Counted from the first letter of the stretch, positions 28,445 to 38,069 are shown. The stretch is DNA of 64,000 nucleotides from Erysipelotrichaceae bacterium (GCA_015059105.1 SVBB01000009.1:252-64251); one strand, 5' to 3'. Program-made: numbers and translations. Notes: a model not told the origin generated them from the sequence alone.

Positions 28445-29689
28445 TTAATTATGTTTCTTCTTGGAAAACTGTTTGTCCATTAATTGAGGCAGTAAATAAT
28501 TTTTGAGCTTATTTAATTCGTAATTCAATCTATGGCAGTAATTTAGCTTATAGATGAACGGCATGGACAATTTGTTAAACTTCATTAAAACATCTTGTGG
28601 AGGTATTAAAAGATTGACTGAATCTAAATCATCATTATTAACACCTTCTTGTGTCGCTCCGTGAGCAAGTACATCTTTGTTATATTCAAATAGTGAAGAA
28701 TTTATAAAACAATGGATATAACCTAAAGCATATTCTTTGCACTTTAAACCGCAAAAACCAGTTGATAATATGTAGCGATCAATAAACCAAGAATCTTTCT
28801 CTGTTAGAGTTAAATGCTTAATGCTTTTTTTGAGTTTTGCAAACCATACTGAGTTTTTAATAGGCTGCATATTTGCTCTGGTTTCCCTGTTCTCGTAGTC
28901 GATGTCTTCACCATCAAAAAACTCTGACCCAACAATATTTGCAGTCGGTAAATAATTTTTCACTCTAAACATATCTACACCCGGCTGGATAATTGAAACC
29001 AAATCATTATGTTGCAAAGTTTGATATTTCCAACCATCCGGGTATTTTCTTTTAATTTCGGTATTCTCGTTTAAATTGCCACCAGAAGTAAAATATGGCT
29101 TCCCATCTTCATTAGGGAAATCAAATTGGTAAAACCAAAACTCATACATTTGGCTTAATAGCATCTCATATTTTCTTATAAGTGTTCTAACATTAGCTAT
29201 CTTTTCATCGATGGGTGAAAGTGAATCACCAAAAAAAGCTTGCTCTTCATCATTAAATGAATCTATCTCAAAATCAGCAATTTGCGACGGAGCTAAATTC
29301 TTGATTGTAGATCCATGAGCAACTGTCAAACTATACTTCTTAAATTCTTCAGATTCTAAAATATATCTAACAAAATTTTTGTCGATTCCCTTTTTTAGAT
29401 TTAAGTATGCAATACTTTTGCCTAATGCAATTTTCTCACCGTGATAAAAACCAACATTTCCCAATGTTCCATTAATAGAGACAAACACAGTATTTTCTCC
29501 TAACGGACGCTTAATGCTTTCATATTCTTCTTTACTAATCCTTGGAGTATCAGGATCTAATTCAATTCTTCCGTTTCTAATATTGTTGCCATTAACAAAG
29601 AAGTATTCTCCATTATTATCGTATGTAGGAGTCCCGTGAATGCCATCGCCATAACTATCAAAATAATCTCCAAGTTTTATTTTTTCCAT
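28445..29689 (-). CDS. hsdS: Type I R-M specificity subunit
   Basis: Two-TRD architecture. Position and 13-nt overlap with hsdM. Confidence 0.8.
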   Translation of the reverse strand: MEKIKLGDYFDSYGDGIHGTPTYDNNGEYFFVNGNNIRNGRIELDPDTPRISKEEYESIKRPLGENTVFVSINGTLGNVGFYHGEKIALGKSIAYLNLKKGIDKNFVRYILESEEFKKYSLTVAHGSTIKNLAPSQIADFEIDSFNDEEQAFFGDSLSPIDEKIANVRTLIRKYEMLLSQMYEFWFYQFDFPNEDGKPYFTSGGNLNENTEIKRKYPDGWKYQTLQHNDLVSIIQPGVDMFRVKNYLPTANIVGSEFFDGEDIDYENRETRANMQPIKNSVWFAKLKKSIKHLTLTEKDSWFIDRYILSTGFCGLKCKEYALGYIHCFINSSLFEYNKDVLAHGATQEGVNNDDLDSVNLLIPPQDVLMKFNKLSMPFIYKLNYCHRLNYELNKLKNYLLPQLMDKQFSKKKHN

Positions 29690-31314
29690 TTGATTAATTC
29701 CTCTAAATTGGCGTTGATGGTTTCATTGAGTCCGTCAGACAGAGAATTTATTTCTGACAAGCCTTTTAATGACTCTTCAATTGATTTTTTGAAATTCTCA
29801 GGATCAATATATTCGTGTTTGACTCGAATGTTAAAATATTGCCCTGCTGCCAGCATTTTCTTTTTATTTAATTTATCGTGCGACACAAGAATCGAAAAAT
29901 CTTCAATGCTGTCTTTATTAACGAATGTGTTGACGATTAAGTCGATTTCTTCTTTTTTAAGACGTCTCTTTTTATTACCATTATCCTGATAGTCTTCGCC
30001 TAAATTTGATGCATCAATAAGAATAACTTCTTCTGCTGTTTTTGAAGCATCCAAAAATAGAACAGAGACGTTTGTGCCTGTGTTTGCAAAAACATTAGAT
30101 GGCATAGAAATGACACCATAAACTAACTTATCTTCAATAAGCTTTGATATTATTTTTCCCTCGACACCACTTGAAGCAGTTAAAAAACCAGTCGGGACGA
30201 CAATTGCGCCCTTTCCTATACCAGGTTTTAAAGAATTCACGACATGTTGGATGAAACATGTGTATATAGCCATCTTAGGTTTTTTGGGTTCGATTTTTTT
30301 GGGAATATTTGGGACACCTGCCCAAAACCTAACTGTCTGAGCTGAAATGCTAGCATGGGTGTCTACAAAATCCAATTTAAATGGGGGGTTAGAAACTATA
30401 TAGTCGAATTGTCTAAGTTTTGTTTTATCATCAGACTTGTGATATGGAGACACCAATGTATCTCCTTGAATTGCGTGATCGAGAGATGAAACTAAGCCAT
30501 TTAAAATTAAGTTTAGTTTTAACATTTTGTTGCTCTTTTGAGATATATCTTGAGAAAAAATGGTACACTTATCTTCTCCGATTTGATGCGCAAGGGCCAT
30601 TAAAAGTGTCCCAGTTCCGGCTGAAGGATCGTAAATCTCAATATTATGAAGATTTTTTGAATCACCAACTAACAATCTAGCCATAATGGTTGCAATAAAA
30701 TGAGGAGTATAGTATTCGGCATACTTACTACCACCCGCATTGTTGTAATCTTTTATAACATATTCAAAAATTCCGGCGAAGAAATCATAGTGTTCATCAA
30801 ACGCTTCTTCAAAAGAAAAGTTTGCTAGTTTATCAACCAAAGCTCTAGCAAAAGGAGCCCTATCTGAATCGTCGTCAATAAAATTAGTTAATTTTTCAAA
30901 TAATGGTATTCTCGTATTTTGAGCGGTTTGCGTTGAAAAAATATCTATGTTCTTTTCTGCAATATCAAGCATTGCACTATCAAAAATTAAATCAAAATCG
31001 CCTTTGCTTTGTTGATTCCAAAGATTTGCAATAAGGTGCTCAGGATTAAGTCTAGGAATATCTGGTGATAATTTATCAAAAATAGAAAGTCTTTCATCTT
31101 CACTCATATTTTTGTAAGCAAGTTCCCATTTTTCAGCATTTTGTAACTTAGAAGAGAGTTTTTTGACTTCAAATCCAAATTTATCATTCAAAAACTTATA
31201 AAGAAACACTTGGGTAATAATCTTGTACTCGTTACCGTCGTTGCTTATTCCGTACGTTTGACATGTTTGCTTAAGCGAATCAATTAGTGCGATTGTTTTT
31301 TGTCTAATATCCAT
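29677..31314 (-). CDS. hsdM: Type I R-M N6-adenine DNA methyltransferase
   Basis: YYTPHFIATIM, DPSAGTGTLL, IVSNPPFKLDF. Confidence 0.9.
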   Translation of the reverse strand: MDIRQKTIALIDSLKQTCQTYGISNDGNEYKIITQVFLYKFLNDKFGFEVKKLSSKLQNAEKWELAYKNMSEDERLSIFDKLSPDIPRLNPEHLIANLWNQQSKGDFDLIFDSAMLDIAEKNIDIFSTQTAQNTRIPLFEKLTNFIDDDSDRAPFARALVDKLANFSFEEAFDEHYDFFAGIFEYVIKDYNNAGGSKYAEYYTPHFIATIMARLLVGDSKNLHNIEIYDPSAGTGTLLMALAHQIGEDKCTIFSQDISQKSNKMLKLNLILNGLVSSLDHAIQGDTLVSPYHKSDDKTKLRQFDYIVSNPPFKLDFVDTHASISAQTVRFWAGVPNIPKKIEPKKPKMAIYTCFIQHVVNSLKPGIGKGAIVVPTGFLTASSGVEGKIISKLIEDKLVYGVISMPSNVFANTGTNVSVLFLDASKTAEEVILIDASNLGEDYQDNGNKKRRLKKEEIDLIVNTFVNKDSIEDFSILVSHDKLNKKKMLAAGQYFNIRVKHEYIDPENFKKSIEESLKGLSEINSLSDGLNETINANLEELIKWKK

Positions 31315-31324
31315 TTTTAAACCT

Positions 31325-34300
31325 CTAAGCGTAAATGCTTCTATACTGATTTAAGTACTGAGCACTTATCCTGCTCTGTATAAATACTTTATCTTCTCGT
31401 GTGCTTTGCAAGTTTAATTTATCTAATCCTGTATTTATTTGAACCATGACAGTTTGCTCAAAATAAACATCCTTTTTAAGAATATCGTTTCTATCATAAA
31501 CTTTGTGGTCAATTTCTTCTTTGATTGTTAGCAAAGCGTTTCTTATATCATCTTCAAATTGAGAAATAATCATTCCCTTGCCTTTAGCAGATCTCACAAT
31601 GTTTTCTTCTCTGATTCTCTTGTGGACCCTGACAAACTTTGCATCACCATTATATTTTTTTCTAAGAGCTTCGTTCTTCTTTTGCATTTCATGCAATTTA
31701 TCAATAACTTCATCAAGCTCTTTTGAGTACTGTTCATATTCTTCGTGATTGTTAACAACAAAACCGTGTTCTTTAAATCTGGCAATGAACGCTTCCCTAA
31801 GCGTGATGAACTCTGGGTCCTCAGGATCAATGTTCTCGGTAAAGCCTTGAACAGCTTTCCTCCACTTCTGGTCTAATTCAACACCACCAGAAACGATTTT
31901 CATTTCCTCATCAGGCATCTTGTTAAACTTAAACGTGATGTCTTTCATAGCCTCATTGATGAGGGTTGTTGTTTCGTCATCATGTTCAAGAGCTTCTTTC
32001 TGATTCATGATATCAATGGCGTGTTGCACTTCTGAAATAAGAGCCGGAAGTTTACCAATATCAAATGAAGCAACTTTTTCTTTTAGTTCTTCATCACCAA
32101 AGGTGCGGACCATATTGAAGCAGTCTTTCATTGAAACTAAAGCTTTCTTGAGTTTGAGAAGCACTTCTTTCTCATCTATGTCTTGGATTTCCTGGCTAAA
32201 CACCTCAGCGTTATCTGTTGTATATTCAAACAAAGTTTGTTTTGCTTCTTTGAGTTGATTAATGATCTCTTCAGGATCTTCTAAAACCTGAGTAAATGTA
32301 TCGGTTTCGTTTCCTTCACCCACTTCATCAGGGTTATTAAATTTATTAAGCTCTTTTAAATAAGCATCATTTGTTTCGTCGAAATTTTTCTTGATATCAG
32401 CAAAGTCGATGACATAGCCATATCTATTATCTTTATAAGGTCTATTAACTCTGGTGATTGCTTGTAAAAGACCATGATCACGTAATTTGCGGCCAAAATA
32501 GAGTCGTTTGAGTCTCGGAGCGTCAAAACCTGTGAGCAGCATGTTAAAAACAATCAAAATATCTATTGTCATATTCTTCTTGAAGTCTTTAACAATTTGT
32601 TTTCTGGTTTCTTTATCATCACTATCATAGAGGATCAAACCTGCTTTGAAATGGCTCTGGAAAGATGGAGCATTTGCATTAAGCTCATTTTGAATTTCGT
32701 CAAAGTAAGTAAAGAGTTTTCTTGCTTGCTCACTCGTTTCACAAATAATCATTCCGCCTAAAGTATCATCGCCATGAAGCATTCTAAACTCTTTTAAATC
32801 TTTAATAATGTATCTTAAGAGCTCTTTAACATATGTTTCATGCTCGATGATTTGACTCATTTGCAAGTCTTTTTTCTGCACCAGCTTTTCAAGCTGTTCG
32901 TAAATTTGAGACAATTTTTCTTTGTATGTTTTTTCAATTGGCTCTCTAATAATCTTCAAAGTATAACCGTCTTGAATAGAACGATCGTAATAATAGGTAT
33001 GATAGTAATTGCCAAAAACCTTCCAAGAAGCTCTTTCTGCTTTAAGCAAAGGTGTCCCGGTTAAAGCAATCTTGATTGAATTTGGATCTGCTTCAAATAA
33101 GTTTGCCAAGAACGAACCTGCCGGATTATATCCTCTGTGTGCTTCATCAATAATGAAGATTCTTTGAAGGTTCGTAGCGTAAGGAGGCAACACCACTTTC
33201 TCATGGTCTTCCTCGAATCTCTGGATGTTAACAACAGTAACTTCGTTTTTGCCTTTATCGCCTTCTAACGACTGATTGGTTTTAAATTGTTCCATCAATT
33301 CTTTTCTTGTGCTTGCGGTTTTAACAACGAGTCCTCTGGCTGTAAATTCTTGCATCGCTTGTTCAAGTAAATCAATTCTATCTACGATGAAATAGAACTT
33401 AGCGACTTTTTCTTTCTTTGAGAAGTAGTCAGTTAGGACATAGTTTAAGTGATAGGCTAAAGCGGTCTTTCCACTACCTTGTGTATGCCAAATGACGCCA
33501 GAATTAATTCCTTGGTCTAATTTTTCTCTAATTGCAAAAGAAGCGAACATTTGTTGATAACGCATGATGTGTTTCTCGTCTGTAATGGTAATTGTGCCAT
33601 CATCTTCTTCTTTTTCGTCATGAACATATGCGATTCCATATTTTAATAAGAAAAGCAATCTCTCAGGAGAGCACATAGAAGTAATGACTCTATTGGTTGG
33701 AGAATAAGTATCTAAATTAGTTTGATACTCAGGAGAAGTATGGATGACCTGACAGTTGAAATCAGAAAGTATCTTCTTCTCCACTATTGGATCGATTGGC
33801 TTATATGGGAAGCTTTGGTTATAAGGAGCTACTGCTAAATGAGTAGGATTTTCTTCTCTAAAAACACTGAATCTTGCATTCTTTCTAGCTCCGGTGCAAT
33901 AGAAAACACCTTGAATAGGGACTATTCCACCACAGGCATCATATTCCATGTTGTTGGAGAATATCATTAATTGAGTAATATTGATAAACCTTCTAAACTT
34001 CTTATTAGGAAAGCGAACATCATTCATTCTTTTGCTTTCAGCAATCATGCCGCCTTTGTTGTTTGGTTTTTTAACTTCAAAAAAAGCTAAAGGAAGGCCA
34101 TTAACAAACAAAGTAATGTCAGGTCTAAATTCATCCTCATCACGTTTACAGGTAAATTCGGCTGTGCAGTGATAAGTGTTGTTAGATGGATTATCAAAAT
34201 CAATTAACTTAATTGGAGAAATGGAGATAAGTCTTTTATAAAAAGATTTGCCTAAATCATCATTATCAAGCTCTAAATCAATGTCTTTTAATAGCTGAGC

Positions 34301-34495
34301 AAACTCTCCTTCGTGTCCGGGATTAAGGGCACAAAAACGCTCTTTAAACACATCAATTAAAATATTTGATTTAGGATCATAAATAGAATCGGCGGATTCT
34401 TCTGATATTTTGCCAAAATAGGTATATCCAATTCTCGTCAAGTGAACTAGAGCTGGCATTTGAACTCTAGTAGCTTCATTAAAATATTTAGGCAT
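31325..34495 (-). CDS. hsdR: Type I restriction endonuclease/translocase subunit
   Basis: WHTQGSGKT, IIDEAHRG, LLTGFDAP, QAITRVNR. The likely start is MPKYFNE, after GGAGAAAATTC. Confidence 0.9.
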   Translation of the reverse strand: MPKYFNEATRVQMPALVHLTRIGYTYFGKISEESADSIYDPKSNILIDVFKERFCALNPGHEGEFAQLLKDIDLELDNDDLGKSFYKRLISISPIKLIDFDNPSNNTYHCTAEFTCKRDEDEFRPDITLFVNGLPLAFFEVKKPNNKGGMIAESKRMNDVRFPNKKFRRFINITQLMIFSNNMEYDACGGIVPIQGVFYCTGARKNARFSVFREENPTHLAVAPYNQSFPYKPIDPIVEKKILSDFNCQVIHTSPEYQTNLDTYSPTNRVITSMCSPERLLFLLKYGIAYVHDEKEEDDGTITITDEKHIMRYQQMFASFAIREKLDQGINSGVIWHTQGSGKTALAYHLNYVLTDYFSKKEKVAKFYFIVDRIDLLEQAMQEFTARGLVVKTASTRKELMEQFKTNQSLEGDKGKNEVTVVNIQRFEEDHEKVVLPPYATNLQRIFIIDEAHRGYNPAGSFLANLFEADPNSIKIALTGTPLLKAERASWKVFGNYYHTYYYDRSIQDGYTLKIIREPIEKTYKEKLSQIYEQLEKLVQKKDLQMSQIIEHETYVKELLRYIIKDLKEFRMLHGDDTLGGMIICETSEQARKLFTYFDEIQNELNANAPSFQSHFKAGLILYDSDDKETRKQIVKDFKKNMTIDILIVFNMLLTGFDAPRLKRLYFGRKLRDHGLLQAITRVNRPYKDNRYGYVIDFADIKKNFDETNDAYLKELNKFNNPDEVGEGNETDTFTQVLEDPEEIINQLKEAKQTLFEYTTDNAEVFSQEIQDIDEKEVLLKLKKALVSMKDCFNMVRTFGDEELKEKVASFDIGKLPALISEVQHAIDIMNQKEALEHDDETTTLINEAMKDITFKFNKMPDEEMKIVSGGVELDQKWRKAVQGFTENIDPEDPEFITLREAFIARFKEHGFVVNNHEEYEQYSKELDEVIDKLHEMQKKNEALRKKYNGDAKFVRVHKRIREENIVRSAKGKGMIISQFEDDIRNALLTIKEEIDHKVYDRNDILKKDVYFEQTVMVQINTGLDKLNLQSTREDKVFIQSRISAQYLNQYRSIYA

Positions 34496-34931
34496 GAATT
34501 TTCTCCACAATATCAATTACGAACAATAATCAAAAAGATTATATCTCTAAATTGCGCTCTTTACTATGAAAACAGGAAACGCAAAGGTCTATTGCCCTAT
34601 TGATTTCGCGATCTTTTCGCGTGAAACCCACGCCGACGTCCAATTATATAGCGGTAGAGATATTTGACCGCACCTACCTTTTCGCTCCAAAGAAAACATG
34701 AAAACATGAATTTTCTGTGCCGTGTATTCTGGGATGGGGCGCATCGGTACTTTCAAATAGTCGTTTTTTCAATAGGGGATGGTGGTCATTAGGAATCAAT
34801 GAGAGGTTGGAGAAGTCATTTTATAACTTTTTTGAAACTAAAAATAAAGAAAAGGTTAGGTGTGTTAGTTCATTAACCGCTACTTCCTATATAGATAGAC
34901 CTTATTATAATCTTCCTAATACGAGTTGTAG

Positions 34932-36185
34932 TTATAAGCCTAACCCCATCACCTTGCTCTCAACATCTCTATAGGATACATATCCTTGTTGACACATTAA
35001 ATCTGCAAACCTTTTTAAGCTATCAATATGCGGTTTTAAATACTTAATTGTTTTTCTTTCATATTTTCTTAATAGAGAATATGTTTTTCTTTCTATTGAT
35101 GCTCTCTTTCTTGGAGTTTCTAAATGCCACTGATTGCTGTTCTCTGCCTCTGTAATGTGGTACCCCAACCCTTTAATCGCACTTCTTTCTAATAATCTAC
35201 GGCAAAAGTCATGTGCTTTTTCTATGTCACTATAAGAACCATAATCATGATTGCCGAATATCATTTTTTCTGCTACATAACCGCCTAAGGCAATCATGAT
35301 TTGTTGTTCTCTTTTTTCTAAAGTCATATATTTCTCTATCACTTCTTCTGTTTCTGTGGTTCCTCCAGATGAAGTGAATTTTGTTCTATAGAATGCCCAG
35401 TTATCTTTGAAGATGCTGGCTAGTAAAGCATGTCCTCCTTCATGTACCGCTACTCGATAGTTATTGATAGTGACAGGAACCTTACCAATATCGTTATGTC
35501 TCACTCTTTCATATGATGTTTCAATATCTTCTTCAGTCACGACTTTATTCTTACATCTTAGATAGACATCATTAACAATGGCTTTTAATTCTGCCCCTGA
35601 TGCACCTTGGCAGTGTTTACTCACAAAATCAAAATTGATATGAGAGACATCAACATCTAAATTAGAGAATACACCTTTGAGTATTTCCGCTCTTGATTTT
35701 CTATCAGGCGTAGATATCTCAATCTTCTTATCAAATCTACCAGGTCTTTTAAGTGGGTCACCGATGCCACGCATTTCATTCGCGGTTGCTAAAACTAAAA
35801 TAGAACCCTTTTGGTCTATACCATCTAATTCTTGTTGCAATGTTCTCTGCTCTTTAGAATCCTTTGGAACGAGAAGTTCTAATTCGTCGATTACGACGAT
35901 TGCAAATTTATCATTCTTTGCTTTTTCAAACACTCCTTGGATTTCTAATGGGGCATTTGCATTCCTACCCTCAATAACATATTTAGGACAATCAAAGTTA
36001 TTGATGAATTCGCGAACAAATAATGTTTTCCCTACCCCAGGTTCTCCATATAACAATATTCCCTTTGGTAAGGCAACATTTGGGTCATTAATAACACTTT
36101 CATCTTCATACCATGACTTGATGAGATTTAGTTCATTTTTGACTTCTTGATAACCATACACATTTTCAAATGTTAATTCTTTCAT
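34932..36185 (-). CDS. soluble FtsH-like AAA+ ATPase fused to an M41 Zn-metalloprotease (no TM segments)
   Basis: GILLYGEPGVGKT, VVIDELE, PGRFDKKIE, HEGGHALLA, GGYVAEKMIFG. Start ATG at 36185 follows AAGAGGAAAT. Confidence 0.8.
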   Translation of the reverse strand: MKELTFENVYGYQEVKNELNLIKSWYEDESVINDPNVALPKGILLYGEPGVGKTLFVREFINNFDCPKYVIEGRNANAPLEIQGVFEKAKNDKFAIVVIDELELLVPKDSKEQRTLQQELDGIDQKGSILVLATANEMRGIGDPLKRPGRFDKKIEISTPDRKSRAEILKGVFSNLDVDVSHINFDFVSKHCQGASGAELKAIVNDVYLRCKNKVVTEEDIETSYERVRHNDIGKVPVTINNYRVAVHEGGHALLASIFKDNWAFYRTKFTSSGGTTETEEVIEKYMTLEKREQQIMIALGGYVAEKMIFGNHDYGSYSDIEKAHDFCRRLLERSAIKGLGYHITEAENSNQWHLETPRKRASIERKTYSLLRKYERKTIKYLKPHIDSLKRFADLMCQQGYVSYRDVESKVMGLGL

Positions 36186-36211
36186 ATTTCCTCTTTCTAT
36201 CAATAAAGAAA

Positions 36212-36234
36212 GCTCCCATCGTTATGATAGGAGC
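36212..36234 (-). terminator. hairpin GCTCCTATC-ataac-GATGGGAGC followed by TTTCTTTATT, about 10 nt before the FtsH-like RBS (attenuator-like)
   Basis: 9 bp on the minus strand, including one G-U. On the plus strand the same position is a C-A mismatch. Confidence 0.5.
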
Positions 36235-36399
36235 ATATAAAGAAGGAAATGTTCCCATCATACAAGCTTTAGCACCTTATCAATATGATAGGTTGCTGGT
36301 GGATCACAGGGCTTGTCCCTAACCACTCTCTTTATGGATGACTTAATTATATATAGGTAATAATATTTTTATTTCATTTATAAGTGAAATGTACATAAA

Positions 36400-36960
36400 T
36401 ATGTTTTTTAATAACCGGACATTCGGTGTCCTCACACTATGTGTTGACATCAACATATACTATAAGCACATTGGAACCCAGTGAATGTCATCTTGCTGAT
36501 GGCTGGGGCCCAACCAAAATAGGAAAATAACATGGGATACTGTGTTATGAGTACAAGACCTATATGGTACCCGGAAGTAAAAAACCGCTTTGGTTGGTGG
36601 CGCAGTACGCTACTCGATGTAAACAACTACTAGGACAGGCACGACAAGAGGCTCTGCAGCAATGCATCCCACGATATGATGTTAACGTGAGAAACTAACA
36701 TCTACGTCCTCAAAGGAAGTGCTCACCTTGACGGATGGTAACATCCTATAACTGACTTAGTAGGTACAAGTAGGGGAACGGTGGATTCATCATTTAGTAG
36801 ATCAATCCATTGCTGAAGCTCCCTGAACGTTGGAAGAGTATTTATCTCTTCCCTAGGATACGGTAGAAATACCCATTGCGGAAGTGTTAGGGTCGCTCCC
36901 TAGTGCTCAGCCCGCCGTGCTAGTGTGTGAATAACAGATTGTAGTAAATACTGTATGACG
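36400..36960 (+). ncRNA. unclassified large structured RNA candidate (strand tentative)
   Basis: ORF-free and G+C-enriched. Many helices, including GNRA-capped stems: TGCA-GCAA-TGCA 36655-66, GGATG-GTAA-CATCC 36733-46, GGTA-GAAA-TACC 36862-73. Long-range helix 36510-18/36589-97. Confidence 0.45.
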
Positions 36961-37209
36961 AAGGTCGCCAATGTCTTTTTTTATATAAAAATAAAAACAT
37001 CCATTAAGGATGTCCATTGCAGATATCCCGAAGGCTTCTGCAAATGCATTGATAACGGTAATGCGGTCCGTGCCGTCTTTTTCTATCCGACGCAAATGCC
37101 TTGTGTCGATATACATACGGCTTGCTAAGTATTCCTGTGTCCAGTGCCTACTTAGTCTTAGGGTTCTAATCGTATCGCCGATTAGACGCGAATCAATAGT
37201 GTTGCTCAT
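36907..37209 (-). CDS. XRE-family HTH protein (the C-terminal 30 aa run into the structured segment)
   Basis: IGDTIRTLRLSRHWTQEYLASRMYIDTRHLRRIEKDG. RBS AAGGAGG. Confidence 0.7.
   Translation of the reverse strand: MSNTIDSRLIGDTIRTLRLSRHWTQEYLASRMYIDTRHLRRIEKDGTDRITVINAFAEAFGISAMDILNGCFYFYIKKDIGDLRHTVFTTICYSHTSTAG
36980..37013 (-). terminator. ACATCC-ttaat-GGATGT followed by TTTTTATTTTTAT, located inside the XRE ORF
   Basis: Canonical intrinsic-terminator shape on the minus strand. Confidence 0.5.
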
Positions 37210-37285
37210 AGCTACCTCCTTATACTGAATGATCTTTTAGGATGTCTATTTGATTCGCTCGGTAGCTTTTCTATGAGCGGGTATT

Positions 37286-37313
37286 ATTCTATATTATATA
37301 TATAATATGTCAA
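37286..37313 (-). promoter_or_regulatory. sigma-70-type promoter TTGACA-16-TAGAAT for the XRE gene
   Basis: Hexamers at 37313-37308 and 37291-37286 (minus strand). Confidence 0.5.
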
Positions 37314-37322
37314 TAGGTTTTA

Positions 37323-38033
37323 TTAATAATTGGTATTATCACGAACCGTATTTGCTATTGATTCCATATCTTGAAGTAAGCCATCATTTTTTGAAATCTC
37401 AAGAACAATTTCATCAAATGCTTTAATCAACGGAAACAACTCTTCAAAAATGTCCAGCTTTACCAAGAAAACCCATTTTTCAAACGGATATCGTTTCTCT
37501 TCCTTCTCTTTCTCAGAAATTGGTGCTTCGTCATAGAAATAAATCGCGCTAATATCCCTTGCTTGTTCAGGGAAGAAATGAATATTACCATTGCCTGAGT
37601 GGCACAAAGCATTCCTAAGATGCTTAAAGAATCCATAAACATTAATGTGGTTACTGTCATAGCAGTTGCTTCTAATATCAATTAAGTTTTTAATTCTTTC
37701 TTTACACTCTCTATAGTGACCAGGATCAGCTTCTTCCAATATTTTATCTTTGAACCTATGCTCGCTAATTGAACTTCTTTTTAAATATTCAACTGGTACA
37801 ACAATCGTGCTAAACATTGAATTAATTAACTGAGTTCCATCAAAGAAGTCATAGATAGGTAATCCCATATCATGTAAACCATATTCTTCATCCACTCTAT
37901 TTAAGTGATTGTTTCGAAGTTCTTCTACGTTTAAATTGCCTTCGTTAATACCATTGTTCACTTCGTTTATAAGTTTGTTATTTAATCTAGTTTGCAAGAT
38001 TAAATCAGAAATCATCGCTCTATATTGTCCCAT
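37323..38033 (-). CDS. HEPN-domain protein (putative RNase)
   Basis: Rx4H motif in FFKHLRNALCHSGNG. Confidence 0.55.
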   Translation of the reverse strand: MGQYRAMISDLILQTRLNNKLINEVNNGINEGNLNVEELRNNHLNRVDEEYGLHDMGLPIYDFFDGTQLINSMFSTIVVPVEYLKRSSISEHRFKDKILEEADPGHYRECKERIKNLIDIRSNCYDSNHINVYGFFKHLRNALCHSGNGNIHFFPEQARDISAIYFYDEAPISEKEKEEKRYPFEKWVFLVKLDIFEELFPLIKAFDEIVLEISKNDGLLQDMESIANTVRDNTNY

Positions 38034-38069
38034 TATTAATCCGTCCTACAAATTGGTTTGTTGATTTTT

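Noticed and set aside
34717-34974. 85-aa plus-strand ORF in the hsdR-FtsH spacer
   Set aside because: No RBS, odd composition, and it overlaps the 3' end of the FtsH-like gene. The region is better treated as non-coding or decayed.
35677-36150. 157-aa plus-strand ORF antisense to the FtsH-like gene, with similar antisense ORFs at 18754..19107, 29636..29989, 53435..53773 and 59573..59935
   Set aside because: They are Ser/Leu/Phe-rich, lack an RBS, and are fully embedded opposite genes with clear motifs. These are typical shadow ORFs in AT-rich DNA.
36400-36960. Whether the structured segment is RNase P RNA, tmRNA, SRP RNA or a group II intron
   Set aside because: A few short resemblances to Bacillus RNase P strings (GTAGGGGAAC, GCAGTACG, GGAAGTAAAAAACC) occur in the wrong order and spacing, and there is no GAGGAAAGTCC P4 motif. 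There is no tRNA-like GGTTCGA..CCA end for tmRNA. There is no group II 5' GUGYG, no domain V consensus and no RT ORF. The segment is kept as unclassified.
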